NCBI RefSeq assembly: GCF_964355755.1
Contig: NC_092670.1
Coordinates: 31,918,388-31,982,387 of the forward strand
Source: Antedon mediterranea
Taxonomy: Eukaryota > Animalia > Echinodermata
Reading direction: 5' to 3'
DNA: 64,000 nucleotides
Part shown: positions 52,001 through 63,760 of the stretch, piece by piece
Layout: every line of letters begins with the position of its first letter
Numbering within the stretch: the stretch's first letter is position 1
Notes under the pieces: generated by a model
What the model saw: only the letters and a program-made list of their open reading frames with translations
Databases searched by the model: none
What the model was told of the DNA's origin: nothing
Position numbers and translations under genes: made by a program

Positions 52001-55000
52001 TCAAAATAGATATGATTTGTTCATAGGTACATCATCCAAATTGAAATGAATTCACTTCATAATTGGAGTATTTTATATGGTAAGATAATGACATTTATCT
52101 TGACCCAATACAAATCAAATGCAAATCATAAGAACATATTATGTATATTTCTATTAAATACATTCTTGTTCAAAATACCTGATGTTTTGAGAGATAATTA
52201 GCATATTTCATATTGCATAACTAGATGACATTTGACTTTGACCCCATACAACTCAATTGCATCTTTCTGAATATTTTGGGTCATATTTATATTAAATACA
52301 TTCTTGTTAAAAATACCTGATGTTTTGAGAGATAATTAGCATATTTTATATGGCATAATTAGATGACATTTGACTTTGACCCCATATACAACTCAATTGC
52401 ATCATTCTGAATATTTTGGGTCATATTTATATTAAATACATTCTTGTTAAAAATACCTGATGTTTTGAGAGTTATTTTCAAATTTTATATAGTGTAATTA
52501 GATAACCTTTTGAATCTTGAACCCTAATACAACTCAATTACTGTACATTATTTTAAACCGTTAGGGTCATATTTAGGCCTATTTGTACTATAGTTAAACA
52601 TTCTTATTCTAAATACCTAATGGATTAAGAGATAATTAGCATATTTTAGAGGCCATACTGGAATGACCTTTGACCTTGACCCCAAAGACAAATCAAATAT
52701 ATTATTTTAAATCTTTAGGGTAACATTTATATTTGTACTTATACATTCTTATTCAAAATACCTAATGGATTAAGAGATAATTAGCATAATTTAGATGTCA
52801 AACTGGAATGACCTTTGACCTTGACCCCAAAGACAAATCAAATATATTATTCTGAATCTTTGGGGTCATGTTTATATTTGTGTTCAATACATTCTTATAC
52901 CAAATTCTTTATGGTTTAAGAGATAATTGGGATCAAAGTTGTAAAATGGCAGCCATTTTGATTTTATGCAAATTAGGTAATTTATAATGGGCAGATCAGG
53001 GTAGATTTTGGATATGATAATATCTACATATAGTTGAGCATGTTTCAGCAAAAAAACAAACTGTTGCAATTTGTTTGACTGAAAAGTCTATTTCCACTCA
53101 TCTAAAAAAACGATTATGGCATTGGAAAAATGTTTGTGCGCTCTCTATTTTGCGTCACGTCTAAGTATATACGGTATAACACTATATTGTATACGTACTA
53201 CATACAGTGCAGAATAGGTGAAAATAAGTGACCAAAGTTATTGACGCTTTTGAACATGATGACGTCATCACAATTTAAAAAATGGTGAATTATGCGAAAG
53301 ATAATTGATTGACCTAGACAACAATAAAAAAAATTGAGGGAATTGGAACACGGATAAAGGAGATGCGCTCTATTAAATGTGACGAGCTATGACGAAAGAG
53401 TCAAAAATCCTATATTTCATATTCGAGTGGCCATACGATGACGTCACAATGTCCGGTTAGCCATATCGATGCATGATTCGATATCTACAACTCATCGACT
53501 TCCAGAATATGTAATTTTAAAAAAGTTCACCACGTAGTTTACAATCTATGACTGTTTAAAAAAAGGCATAATTTTGACGAATTTTTGAACTTTTTCATAA
53601 AAAACGTGCGCAAATTTTCAAATTCTACGTGCTCGTATGACATGATTTTAAGTCAAAATTGTTTGAAAGTTGGCAAAATTACTAGAGAAAGCTGAAAAAA
53701 CAAAAATCAAGCAAAAAAAGGATGTTTTTGACCTACGTGCGCACGCGCGCCCAAAAAAATTGCGCACGCGTGGGAATTTTTTTAATGTTTAGAATGACAT
53801 GAAACGCTTAGAAAATTGATTAGAAGTTGATTTTTCGTATTTTGAAATTTTAAACGCGCGTGCGTGAATAATAAAGCTCTACTTCAATCTTATGAGCACC
53901 TACATGATCGTGTTTATACCTATACTTAGAAAATACTTCTATAATTTTATTGATTCACAGAAATACTCAATTCAATACTTTTTTAAGTGAATCAAAATTT
54001 CATATCGAAATTATTTTTATATATTATAATCAATATTGTTTTTTTTTCTTAGATTGTCGAATGCATCACACCTTAACCAGACTAACCGACAACCAACTGC
54101 TTATTTTCGGTGGTAGAAAGTCTCCTGCGAAACCTTTAAATAACTCCTGCCTCTTTAGTATATTACCGGACGGCAAACGCTACTCATGTAAACCCCTTCA
54201 GTGTTCTGTAGAACCAGAAGCACGCTGGAGGCACTCGTCAACACTGATGAATATATCTGGAAGTAAACAGGTTGTTGTTTATGGCGGGAAGTCAACAAAA
54301 ATAGTATTTGGTGATTTGTGGTTAATGGATGTTGAAAGCAAAAAGTGGTCTGAAGTAAGCTATCCACATTTCACAAGAGTAATTGTTTACAAGACCACCT
54401 TTCTATGCACTGCAGAAAAAGTAACATGCAATTTAACATAGCCTACACTGGAAACTGGATGCTAAAAATCTATTATTAGCTATTTTAGAAAAGATTGTTT
54501 TAGTATTACTATTAGTGGTGAAATTTGCCTGCCGATCAGTTTGGGTGCCCATAAGAATCGCAAAAGCTAGGCCTTGTTAGTCTCTTGTTTTAAAAGCCTA
54601 CTTCAGCAAAAATGATGGCTACGGGCTTGTAGTTAGGGTCATATGGCATCAAATAGTGTGAAACCTGCATTGGCCTAACTATTTTAGTCTTTGCATTTTG
54701 TAGGTGGTATTACCCCAGCCTAGGCCAACTCCAAGGCACTCGCAATCATGCTGTGTGTGGGGTAGTCAACTCTTAATAACTGGGGGTTTAGATAGTAATG
54801 AAGATCCAGTTGGTGTTATAGCATTGGTCAACACTGTTGATTGGACTTGGAGTACATTGAAGACATCTCAGGTGATTCAACCAAGGTAATTACCCAGTCA
54901 GCATTAGCCAATTGAGTTCTGTTTTTCTATTCAGCCTGTTTTTTCTTTCTGGCAACAATCTAAAATGCTACTAGTTTCAGACGACAACTTTGATTTCCTT

Positions 55001-57036
55001 TAAAGCTCAGGTACAGGCATGAATTTTAAATATAATATTTGGTTAATTGTACATAAATCAAGTATTTGTAACAGAAATCGAGACGAAAAAACATGAATTT
55101 CCCTTAATATGGTCAAATACAAAATTTGGCAAAATTCTTCCATAAAAACCAGGAAGACTTTTTTTCAGTAGTTAGGTAGTTAACCTAATGTAATAACATG
55201 TCTGGTGACTCCCTAGACGGTGAAAAAAGATGGTGGATATACGGTGGATAATTTTTGCTATAGCATGAAAATAAAAATCTGAAGTTGAATAAAAATATCA
55301 GAAATGTAATATTCAAGTTATATTACCTATATTTAGTCATCTGATAACATTTTTTACCACACCATTTATTTTTCATAGCTTTTTAAAATGCCTCTCTATT
55401 TACAAAATTTGTGTACAAAAGAATAGAGATTTTACTGTGTAATTTGAACTATCCCCCCACTGATAAGAAAGTGCTTATTTTCAACAAGCTCGTGTAACAC
55501 AAATAAAATCCCAAAAATTATGAAACATAGGGGAAACTATAGATCGATAATTATTGGAATGTATGATCAATAGAAATTTTTTGCCCGCACCTGGCCTTTA
55601 AAGTTGTTAAGTATATACCCTTCCCATTTATGTGGTGTTATAACTTGGGGTCAAAGATCAAGATAACTTGGTCAATAGTAAAAGTAGCTAAGTTTTTGGG
55701 TGAAGGTCACAAAATTCATCCAACTGGATTCTCTTTTTTCCTGCTTTTTTTTCTGGTTTTATTTATTTTTTATAATTTTAAGCATATACTGTAATGTTTA
55801 TACTATAATTTTTTGCCTTTTTTATATTGAATTAATTTAAACAAATGTTTGGTGTCGTGTACATTTTGCTTTAGATTTTCCACAATTGTTTCCATCTTGT
55901 TTATAGTGTAACCTCGTATATATTTGATGCTGAAATGCCAACTGTTTGGATTATTTCTGATTTGTTATAATTACTTCCTAGGTATTCACATACCAGTCAT
56001 GTTGTCAATGACCAGTTACTACTTGTTGGTGGTGTGGGCTTATCTCCAGTAACGTTTGGTGTAACCTCAATAAATCTTCTAAATGGATTAGTCCTTAACT
56101 ACTCATTATCGGTAAGTGTTTTACATTGTAACTGAAATCTATGGACAATATAGCAAGTTAATTTCTGTTCTTCATATTTCCTTTATGCGTTCAGGTGCAG
56201 CTACACACATAACTTTAAAACCCTAAAAAGGAGCTTGTCAATTCATTATAAAAGAGTTTAAGGTATCATGTCAACACTATTCGACTGTAATAAGGCTATA
56301 CATACATTTTTTCACTGCAATTTAGTTCGTTTCCTTCAAAGTAAAAAGCAATCATTGCAATAATAATTAATACACAAAACAACCTTATATAATAAATGCA
56401 TAGACAGGTTAAAGATGTATTGTCCCCTGACAAAAGAAATTATTGAAATATGCCATTTTAATGTAACATAATAGATATTCACTTTGACCAAAAATGAGAT
56501 AAAAAAAAAGGTATTTACCTGACAAAATTGTAATTTTAAGAAAAAAATAGTCAAATTCCCTGCCAGCCAATGGATTTTCGGTTGAATTTAACCATTTATT
56601 TTGTCATTTTAGAAATGAAAACATTATTTTTTTGTTTTTTTTTCTACAGAATTAATAAACTTTTTAAAACTACAAAATAACCTATTCAAAGTTTAATTTA
56701 ATTTTAATTTTTCATGTTTTTGAGGGACAATACATCTTAAAATGATAAACAAAATGTAGTTACTGCAATTTTACTGCAGTAACTACATTTTGTTTGACTT
56801 TGATAGTAAAAGAATTGCAAAATCTAGACAATTGTACTCATATCGTGGTAAAATGTTCTTTCTTACAGACTGATGCGAGTCCTGAAAAACCTATTATGCT
56901 TTTTAAGTTCACAAGTGAGTTTTTAAAGGATGAAAACAAACTTGTAGTGTTCGGTGGCGGTGGAAATTGCTTCTCCTTTGGTACACACTTTAATGCAACA
57001 CCTATCTGTTTAGATATTAGCAACATTGTGTCTTGA
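43038..57036 (+). CDS. LCMT2: tRNA wybutosine-synthesizing protein 4 / leucine carboxyl methyltransferase 2 (LCM methyltransferase domain + Kelch repeats), 676 aa, 13 coding exons
   Basis: Exons: 43038-43085, 43888-44091, 44843-45041, 46788-46947, 47361-47459, 47919-48009, 48587-48694, 49060-49144, 49370-49624, 54053-54354, 54704-54885, 55982-56111, 56869-57036 (2031 nt, in frame). Motifs: VQGTNDSSIVSK, LINRGYYVR, ISLGAGFD (SAM binding), EVDFP, LSECVITYM, FDEYEEFHAKCSHY, Kelch RYGH/RMHH/RWRH/RHS/RYSH, and the C-terminal TYW4 signature FGGGGNCFSFGTHFN. Confidence 0.93.
43525..43810 (+). mobile_element. tRNA-derived SINE with a conserved central domain (MetaSINE-like from memory)
   Basis: A box GTAGCTGAGCGG, B-box-like GGTTTGAGGC, core GGATTATAAACTATAGGTCC...TGCACTTTAAAGAACC shared with 5115-5310. 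Confidence 0.55.
44195..44318. mobile_element. Short MITE, same family as 10097-10263 (left end missing)
   Basis: GTGCCCAAATATGGCAGTGAT...ATGGGCACATC...GATAGTGTAGACAAAGCTTTA. Confidence 0.6.
45118..46426. mobile_element. Non-autonomous hAT-like element in LCMT2 intron 3
   Basis: TIR CAGGGCATCA / TGATGCCCTG, direct repeat GAATCA on both sides, and subterminal GAGGAGAGC...GCTC(T)CC repeats at both ends. Confidence 0.75.
47574..47752. mobile_element. Small Harbinger-like MITE
   Basis: GGGTCTTTC ... GAAAGACCC termini and inner inverted GCAAATCAAAT / ATTTGATTTGC. Confidence 0.5.
48721..48900 (+). mobile_element. Degenerate tRNA-derived SINE
   Basis: GGTAGCTTAGTGGTTAGGACACTTGACTATCAA...GAGTTCAA head, similar to the SINE head at 3935. 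Confidence 0.45.
49893..53104. mobile_element. Fold-back/Helentron-like non-autonomous element: inverted arms of about 420 bp built from subrepeats of about 146 bp, in LCMT2 intron 9
   Basis: 49893-50320 is the reverse complement of 52690-53104 (mirror ORFs 49939-50124 and 52884-53069 differ by one residue). Further degenerate subunits lie at 52150-52690. The true outer ends probably extend to about 49800 and 53870. Confidence 0.7.
50953..51317. repeat. Perfect 20-bp tandem repeat (CTTACTGTATTCATTACTGT) x about 18
   Basis: Directly visible, with no variant units. Confidence 0.97.
55004..55597. mobile_element. Kolobok-like MITE
   Basis: TTAA|AGCTCAGGTACAGGCA ... TGCCCGCACCTGGCCT|TTAA; the TIR is imperfect. 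Confidence 0.5.
56413..56737. mobile_element. Kolobok-like MITE (family of 23916-24212)
   Basis: TTAA|AGATGTATTGTCCC ... GGGACAATACATCT, a perfect 14-bp TIR; shared internal GTTGAATTTAACC(A/G)TTTATTTTGT. Confidence 0.68.
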
Positions 57037-57189
57037 CATTGATGTTATGGTAATTGATGAAACCTTATTAAGTATGACAAATATCATTTCAAGCTGTACT
57101 AGCTACATGAGTGAAAAATGTAATGTGATTATTATTATTTAATATTATTGAATTTTGAATATTTTCATGAGATGAAAGATCAACTTTTC

Positions 57190-57455
57190 AATCAATCGTT
57201 CGATTTATATAGCACCATTCCAACATTCATTGCTCATGGCGCTGTAGAAAAAAATCAGAAAAGGTGAGTTTTGAGTACTGACTTAAAGTGACTCAATAGT
57301 GATGTGTGTTTAATGTATAAGGGTATGTGGTTCCAGAGCCTAAGTCCAGCAATACTGAAAGTCCGATCTCCCCAACTATGTTTGCTCCTCGGAATGTCCT
57401 GTAGCACCTGATGACTAGATCTTAGTTCTCGCTTTCCCTTCTTGACTGTCAACAA
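57190..57455 (-). mobile_element. 3' end of an L2-type LINE
   Basis: RELRSS...WGDRTFSIAGLRLWNHIP...FKSVLKTHLF, followed by AGCGCCATGAGCA...GGTGCTATATAAAT and a (GATT)n-like tail. Confidence 0.75.
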
Positions 57456-59164
57456 TTCTGAGAGATATTTTAGTCTCGTTCGTTTTTTAATGTTAAGTCC
57501 AAGCCTGCATATGTAACTCTAAGTAGATGAATCCAATTGAATAGATTTCAAACAGCTAGATATGCTGTATAATACTTTTGATGTGTAGTTGTGCATTGAA
57601 CCAAATAAATAAATAATGGTGAAGAGTAGCTAGCTAGGCTAAAGAATGTCAGCATAGCAGCACAAACAACAACAAAGCAGATAGACACACAACAGCCTAC
57701 ACAGCCTATGCTACAGAACAATAACAGCTAAGACGGATGGTAGCTGAGGTATTATCATTTCAATGATATAACACCTACTGCCCTGAAGTAAATATTAATT
57801 ATTTGATTCACTTTGGTTTTAATCGTCAACAATAAAATCATGGTTTGTTTTTTGGTATGCATTGGAGAAAATGTGTTGACAACCGGCTGACTGTTGAATA
57901 TCACATTAAATGCAATAAAAATACAAATTCTGTTAAGAAAACAAAAGCATTTAAAAAATCAATAAAAAAAATAATAAATAATAATCATTTAAATCATTCT
58001 ATTACATTTATAAAAAAAAAATCAGATATTACCATATTTATTTTTTTTAAATACACTGCATTGCGTATATTCAACACCTGCCCACACTAACAATGTTTGT
58101 TGACTCGTCCATCGCTTCTTCCAAAATGCATCAACTTATATGTTGTTACAAATTCAAATCAGTCAATTGGATTTGATGGAATGGTCCTTGTGGTGCTCTG
58201 GGTGAGCAAATTAACAGAATGTACTGTATTCATATACAAGGTTATATATCTTGGTTGGAAACTGGTGCTTGTTGTATTCTTAATACTTTACTTGTGGATG
58301 TGCGTGGGTGACTTGACAAAAGACTACACTAACAAGGTGTTTATTTTTCTAACTCAACTATTTATTCAATAACTGTCATGGTGGATGGCACTTTATTAAG
58401 TGCCTACATGAACAATCATGGCCAATGCTGCCCTCAATATACTACAGTACTGAAATGTTATGATTATCCATGGCTGTTTTACTCTACGGTTTGTTTTACA
58501 TTTGGGGACAACTTTGTCAGTAGCATAAAGGAATTTGGTTTTAAATTTGTCCTACATTTCAGTAACATCATCTGTAGTAAAACAGTCTTATAAAAATCAC
58601 TGATTTCCTCTTTGCTTCAACCAAATCTTTTTTATCAGTTTTTGTTGACATTGCACACCAATAAAATTGATTACTAATTGATTTATCCCAATTTCTGTAC
58701 CTAAAGGGATTTTTTTTGCTATGACTTGAATGCTGATGATTGTATGTAATTTTATCTTCACAATGTATATTTTTTTCTAGATAACCTGCACATTTTAGCC
58801 CAATGATTTAGCTTATTACATTTATGGCAAGTTGAGCCGTTCGCCGGACATTCTCTAGTAGAGTGAATTTGACATATAGCTGATTTTTGTGTGTGGTGCC
58901 TCAAAATCATCTAGTTGGTTATGGTAGCTCCTCTAGCTAGAGTGATAGCCTCCATTAGTCTTTATTCCTCCATTAATCTTTATTCCTGCTTTATTGTTAG
59001 AAGCTCCATTTGGAGGTCTTTTGAATATACAGTAGTTCCTATATGCATTTGTTCAATTATTCTGGTTTCTTTTTCTGGTTCCGTGAATGCCCATTTATTG
59101 TCATCATAAACTTTTATTTACAGGGTACACTTATAGAATTTATTCATCTTCGGTAGGTTCTTCT

Positions 59165-60497
59165 CCACCTGGAATAGGACATGTTAAGTCAGCTCTATTC
59201 CTGTGCGCAGTACTGCCTAATGTTCTTATATAAGTACTACTGTCGTTTATTTGCATGGCCGGGTGGTTTGAATGGTTGAGTTGAGTTCCAGTGGTAGAAC
59301 TACATCATCTACCTTCAATAGTTTTAAAATCTTCTCCTCTGAATCAGCAAAGTCTGGGCATGTGACGACACCAGGGTTTTTAGAAGAAACACTGAGATGG
59401 TCGAAGGCTTTAATCCCAACTACTGGTTTAAAGTAACTGGCATAAAATGATTTCCAATTATACGTTGATACCATGGATTCTCTATCTTCTGTTCCAACAA
59501 GCTGTGGAATATTCACTACAGCATTGGTGCTGGAACGGCAAGAGTCCGCAATATCATTTAAATATGAACTGTAGCATATACATTGTCTCTTTGTTTAAAC
59601 AGACCAAAGCACCAGTCAGGGGAAAACTTAGTGTGTCCAGCCACCAAAAAGCGTACCCTGATTTCCTTATGCAGGCCATGTAGTGTCCTCCAGAGTAAAT
59701 ACCACATTACATACTTATTCTTATATTGTCCACTACAGTTGTCACAATGAAGGTGAAGAACTTCTTCACCTAAACTGTAGCATTTGCTCCTTTGCCAACG
59801 TCCATCCCCTCATCGATCAAAAAATTGACTTGATTGGTGAATCCCTCACAGTGGATCCCAAAGACGCCACACTTCCTATCGGTAAAGAAAAAAAAAACTG
59901 GTCCAGGCTGTTCGGTGTCATGGTTTTCGGCGATTGTGGTCGCATTTTCTACACATTTTTATTCAATTTACAGTTTGACAACTTACAGATGGAATTTCAA
60001 ACCCAAACTTCAAGTAATAGTAAAATTAATGATTATATTTTCTTTATTACAAAAAACTCATTTTGAAAAAAATTATATGTATTACGGCCTATTTTAGTTC
60101 AAAGGTGCAAGTTTACAGCCCTTTCGTGGTAGCAGGTCACATATTCACAATCTTTATATATCTAAATCACTAAGATGAATTGTATAACACATAGTACATA
60201 GGATTAGTATATCATTCTTTTAGCTATACTCAAATTCCTATCTGCTTCCTGGGACCATAAACCAAAGCCTAATTACTTTAGCAGGCATCTGTTGCCATAG
60301 CAACAGGACAGTTCTATAAGCGGAATTCAATGTTGGTCAAAAGGTTTGCTAACTATAGTGTGGTAAGCACACAGTCCATTTAATTATAAGTTAAAATAAA
60401 CGTTGTCTAAACATATACAAAGTGACTAATCAAGTGAGAAATACAATGAATTTGACTTAGCCTCAAGAGTGGTAAACATGAGTCCGAGAGGTGAAGT
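59165..60497 (-). mobile_element. Degraded Sola-like DDD transposase element, copy 1
   Basis: Frameshifted translation: PGPVFF..RKCGVFGIHCEG..QVNFLIDEG..GKGANA, LHCDNCSGQYKNK..WYLLWR, FLVAGHTKF.PDWCFGLFKQ, NIPQLVG, YNWKSF, C-terminal YLYKNIRQYC...TCPIP. Confidence 0.65.
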
Positions 60498-61955
60498 TTT
60501 CGAGGCATCAGAGGACCAACGACCCATTTTTTGAATTATATGTTCTGACAGCCCAAGACCCGCGGCATGTGTAGCTGCCCCTATTCTGAAACTGTGACCT
60601 TTATATAAAGTGGGATATAACCCAATAAATGAAATTGCTGTCTTAAGACATGTTGATATGAATTGTGGAGTTACCGGTTTACCATCTATGTGTTGGAACA
60701 GGGGGGCCGTTGGTATGGCTGAACATGCCCAAGTACGTACGGAGATGGTGCACCGGGCAAAAGGCCTGATCGTTTTGGGAAGTAATATAGATAGTAATAG
60801 GTGGTTTTCATGTCAAAATTTTGGAATGGCGCAAAGTTAAATTCATCCCCTTGGGGGAAAAATGTACGTCTTCGCGCTGTAGTACCTTAGCTTCCATGCC
60901 TGTTCGGGCGGCTAATTCGCCAACTCGCATGAAACCCTGGAACGCGGTCAAGAAAAAGGCTGACAAAAGATTTCTCATTTTCAAAGACAGAACTGTGGAG
61001 TCTAGGGCTCTGATTAATTTTCTGAGTGTCAATTGTAATCGGCAAGCGCGTGTCCCTAGATTGTGACGAAGCATGTATACCGCGATGAGAACGGACCTGC
61101 GATCCTACCTAAGAGTACTCCCTTTTCTATAAACCCCTCTACAGCCTTTACGTATGTAAAGCAGCTCCTATGGTTTTTGGCTTTCATCGGCTTAGGTGGA
61201 GTTATAGACCCCAAAGTGAAACCCTTCTTAAAACCCGCTAAAATGGATGTAAACATATCTTGTGGGGAACCTGTTAAGTATGACTCTAGATTAGTGAGTT
61301 TAATTGGGGTTGGTAGACATAAAGAATAGTGACTGCCTAGTTTTGTTAATTTTTTGACAACAGGATTTTGGGTGGTTCCACTTTGAGTTCGCATGCATGT
61401 TTGAGAGTGCATGGTTTCTTCCTGCAAACTTTTCCGTCGTTCCAGTTCCAACATGTGCCTCGTTGTCGGGCATTCCGAAACAAACTCTGAAATTTGGTTG
61501 GAAAACGTTTTGTCTGTGACGTGTCAGAACGTAAGTAATTGTAACATTTTACGAGAAGTTCGGTATTTAAGAGGCCCCATTCGAGTGTGCGGGATTGTCG
61601 AGCTTTCCTAAAATTTATGTCATATCGTCTCCAAGCCCCTACTGGACCTGACGTATATAAATCTAAAATGTTGGCAATATATTTCAGCATTGGCTTACTT
61701 GCCTTCTTATTCTTCTCAATATATATCGCTATATAAATGTGCATAGCTTTTAACCAATCCAGGAAATCCAGTGGTTGTTGTGGGGTTGACTCATGGTGAA
61801 GTTGTATGTTACCACCATTACCCACTGACATGCCTGTTACCGTGGATTGTTCCTTGTAACTGGGAAGAAGCGAACGTAGTTCAATGAACGTATCGTTCCA
61901 TATTTTTTACCGTATGGCGGCACTGAACCCTGTCCCCAGGGGTTCAAGTTCAAAT
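60498..61955 (-). mobile_element. Internally deleted DIRS/Ngaro-type tyrosine-recombinase retrotransposon (gag, RT N-terminal stub, YR)
   Basis: gag-like ORF 61831-61346 (KIWNDTFIELRSLL, WLKAMHIY, WRRYDINFR, CCCH finger CWNWN..C...C...HAC). Pre-RT TPI...GFKKGF...GRIAGPF. YR motifs AFQGFMRVGE, RHSK, CPV, GPLF, GHSFRIGAAT, GRWSSDA. Confidence 0.85.
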
Positions 61956-63043
61956 TCTCCATCTTCTGTTCCAACAAGCTGTGGAATATTCACTACAGCA
62001 TTGGTGCTGGAACGGCAAGAGTCCGCAATATCATTTAAATATGACCTGTAGCATACATTGTCTCTTTGTTTAAACAGACCAAAGCACCAGTCAGGGGCAA
62101 ACTTTGTGTGTCCAGCCACCAAAAAGCGTACCCTGATTTCCTTATGCAGGCCATGTAGTGTCCTCCAGAGTAAATACCACATTACATACTTATTCTTATA
62201 TTGTCCACTACAGTTGTCACAATGAAGGTATCACAATGAAGGTGAAGAACTTCTACACCTAAACTGTAGTGGGCAAAATAATAATGAAGATATGAAATGA
62301 TGGCATTTGCTCCTTTGCCAACGTCCATCCCCTCATCGATCAAAAAATTGACTTGATTGGAGAATCCCTCACAGTGGATCCCAAAGACGCCACACTTCCC
62401 CCTCGGTCAAGAAAAAAACTGGTCCGGGCTGTTCGGGGTAATGGTTTTCGGCGATTGTGGTCGCATTTTCTACACATTTTTATTAAATTTATACAGAATC
62501 CCTTCAGAAAATGACCGATTTTTTTGACAACTTACATATGGAATTTCAAACCCAAACTTCAATGGATAGTAAAATTAATGATTATATTTTCTTTATTACA
62601 CAAAACTCATTTTGAAAAAATTATATGTCGGCCTATTCTAGTTCAAAGGTGCAAGTTTACAGCCCTTTCGTGGTAGCAGGTCACATATTAACAATCTTTA
62701 TATATCTAAATCACTAAGATGAATTGTATAACACATAAGTACATAGGATTAGTATATCATTCTTTTAGCTATACTCGAATTCCTATCTGCTTCCTGATAA
62801 ACCAAAGCCTAATTACTTTAGCAGGCATCTGTTGCCATAGCAACAGGACAGTTCTATAAGCGGAATTCAATGTTGGTCAAAAGGTTTGCTAACTATAGTG
62901 TGGTAAGCACACAGTCCATTTAATTATAAGTTAAAATAAACGTTGTCTAAACATATAATACAAAGTGACTAATCAAGTGAGAAATACAATGAATTTGACT
63001 TAGCCTCAAGAGTGGTAAACATGAGTCTGAGAGGTGAAGTCTA
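61956..63043 (-). mobile_element. Degraded Sola-like transposase element, copy 2 (direct duplicate of 59484-60497)
   Basis: About 1 kb of near-identity to copy 1 with small indels; ORF 62182-61907 MWYLLWR...FLVAGHTKFAPDWCFGLFKQ; truncated after GTEDGE. Confidence 0.7.
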
Positions 63044-63760
63044 TAGAGCGATGTCCATAAGTATTGATAGAAGTATTATTTGCGGCAGTAGATTTTTGTC
63101 GCCTATGTGGACCCTCATGGCGAGTAGGTGGAACAACACTCACTTCTGCCCCAGTGTCTATGAGGAAACGTTTTGATAATTGATTTACAATAAAGAAAAG
63201 ACTACTTACGATTTGACGGCCAGCAACATTCATTGCATTTAGTTGTCGGCGTTGGAGTTTTCCGAACACAGCGGATTGCATTTTCGAGCATTGACTCCAA
63301 TTTTTTCATGGTACCAACAGAGTTGCGGAGTGTTGTTGTGATGTTGAGCAAAGCGATTGGAACTGTTAGGTTGAGCAGGAGATGAATGCCTACTACTCGA
63401 TCGATTTCAATGTTGACTTGTGCTGTGACTTTGATATCTGATGTGCCGTCGGTCAGATTACAAGGAATTAACTTGTGTTGACAGTTGTTGAATCTGTTTT
63501 TGCAGGTTTTCATGGGTGGCAGACAAGGAGGGTGTATTGTCCATGAGTACTGCCGATTCACTTGTTGGCCCAGTTGCAGTTACAGAGACTTCACTAATTT
63601 GTCAGCCAATGGTGTTAAGCATTCCAGGTTCAACTCATCCTTGGTTGAAGCTAGGATAAGCTGTACATATAGTTGGGAGGCGACTTAAGAATACTGTAGT
63701 TGTTTCATAATTGATGGTTCGAGTGGCCTGTCACCTAAGAGTTGTTGGCATCTGGGTAAC
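63044..63760 (-). mobile_element. Gypsy/Ty3 LTR retrotransposon gag-protease fragment (pseudogenised)
   Basis: QQLLGDR...VQLILAS...LADKL gag motifs, CWYHEK...ARKC..C knuckle, aspartic protease FLIDTGAEVSVVP...AANNTSINTYG; contains stops and frameshifts. Confidence 0.8.

Noticed and set aside
49939-53069. Two almost identical 61-aa ORFs on opposite strands (possible duplicated small gene)
   Set aside because: Mirror images within the inverted arms of a repeat element; TTG starts and no coding signature.
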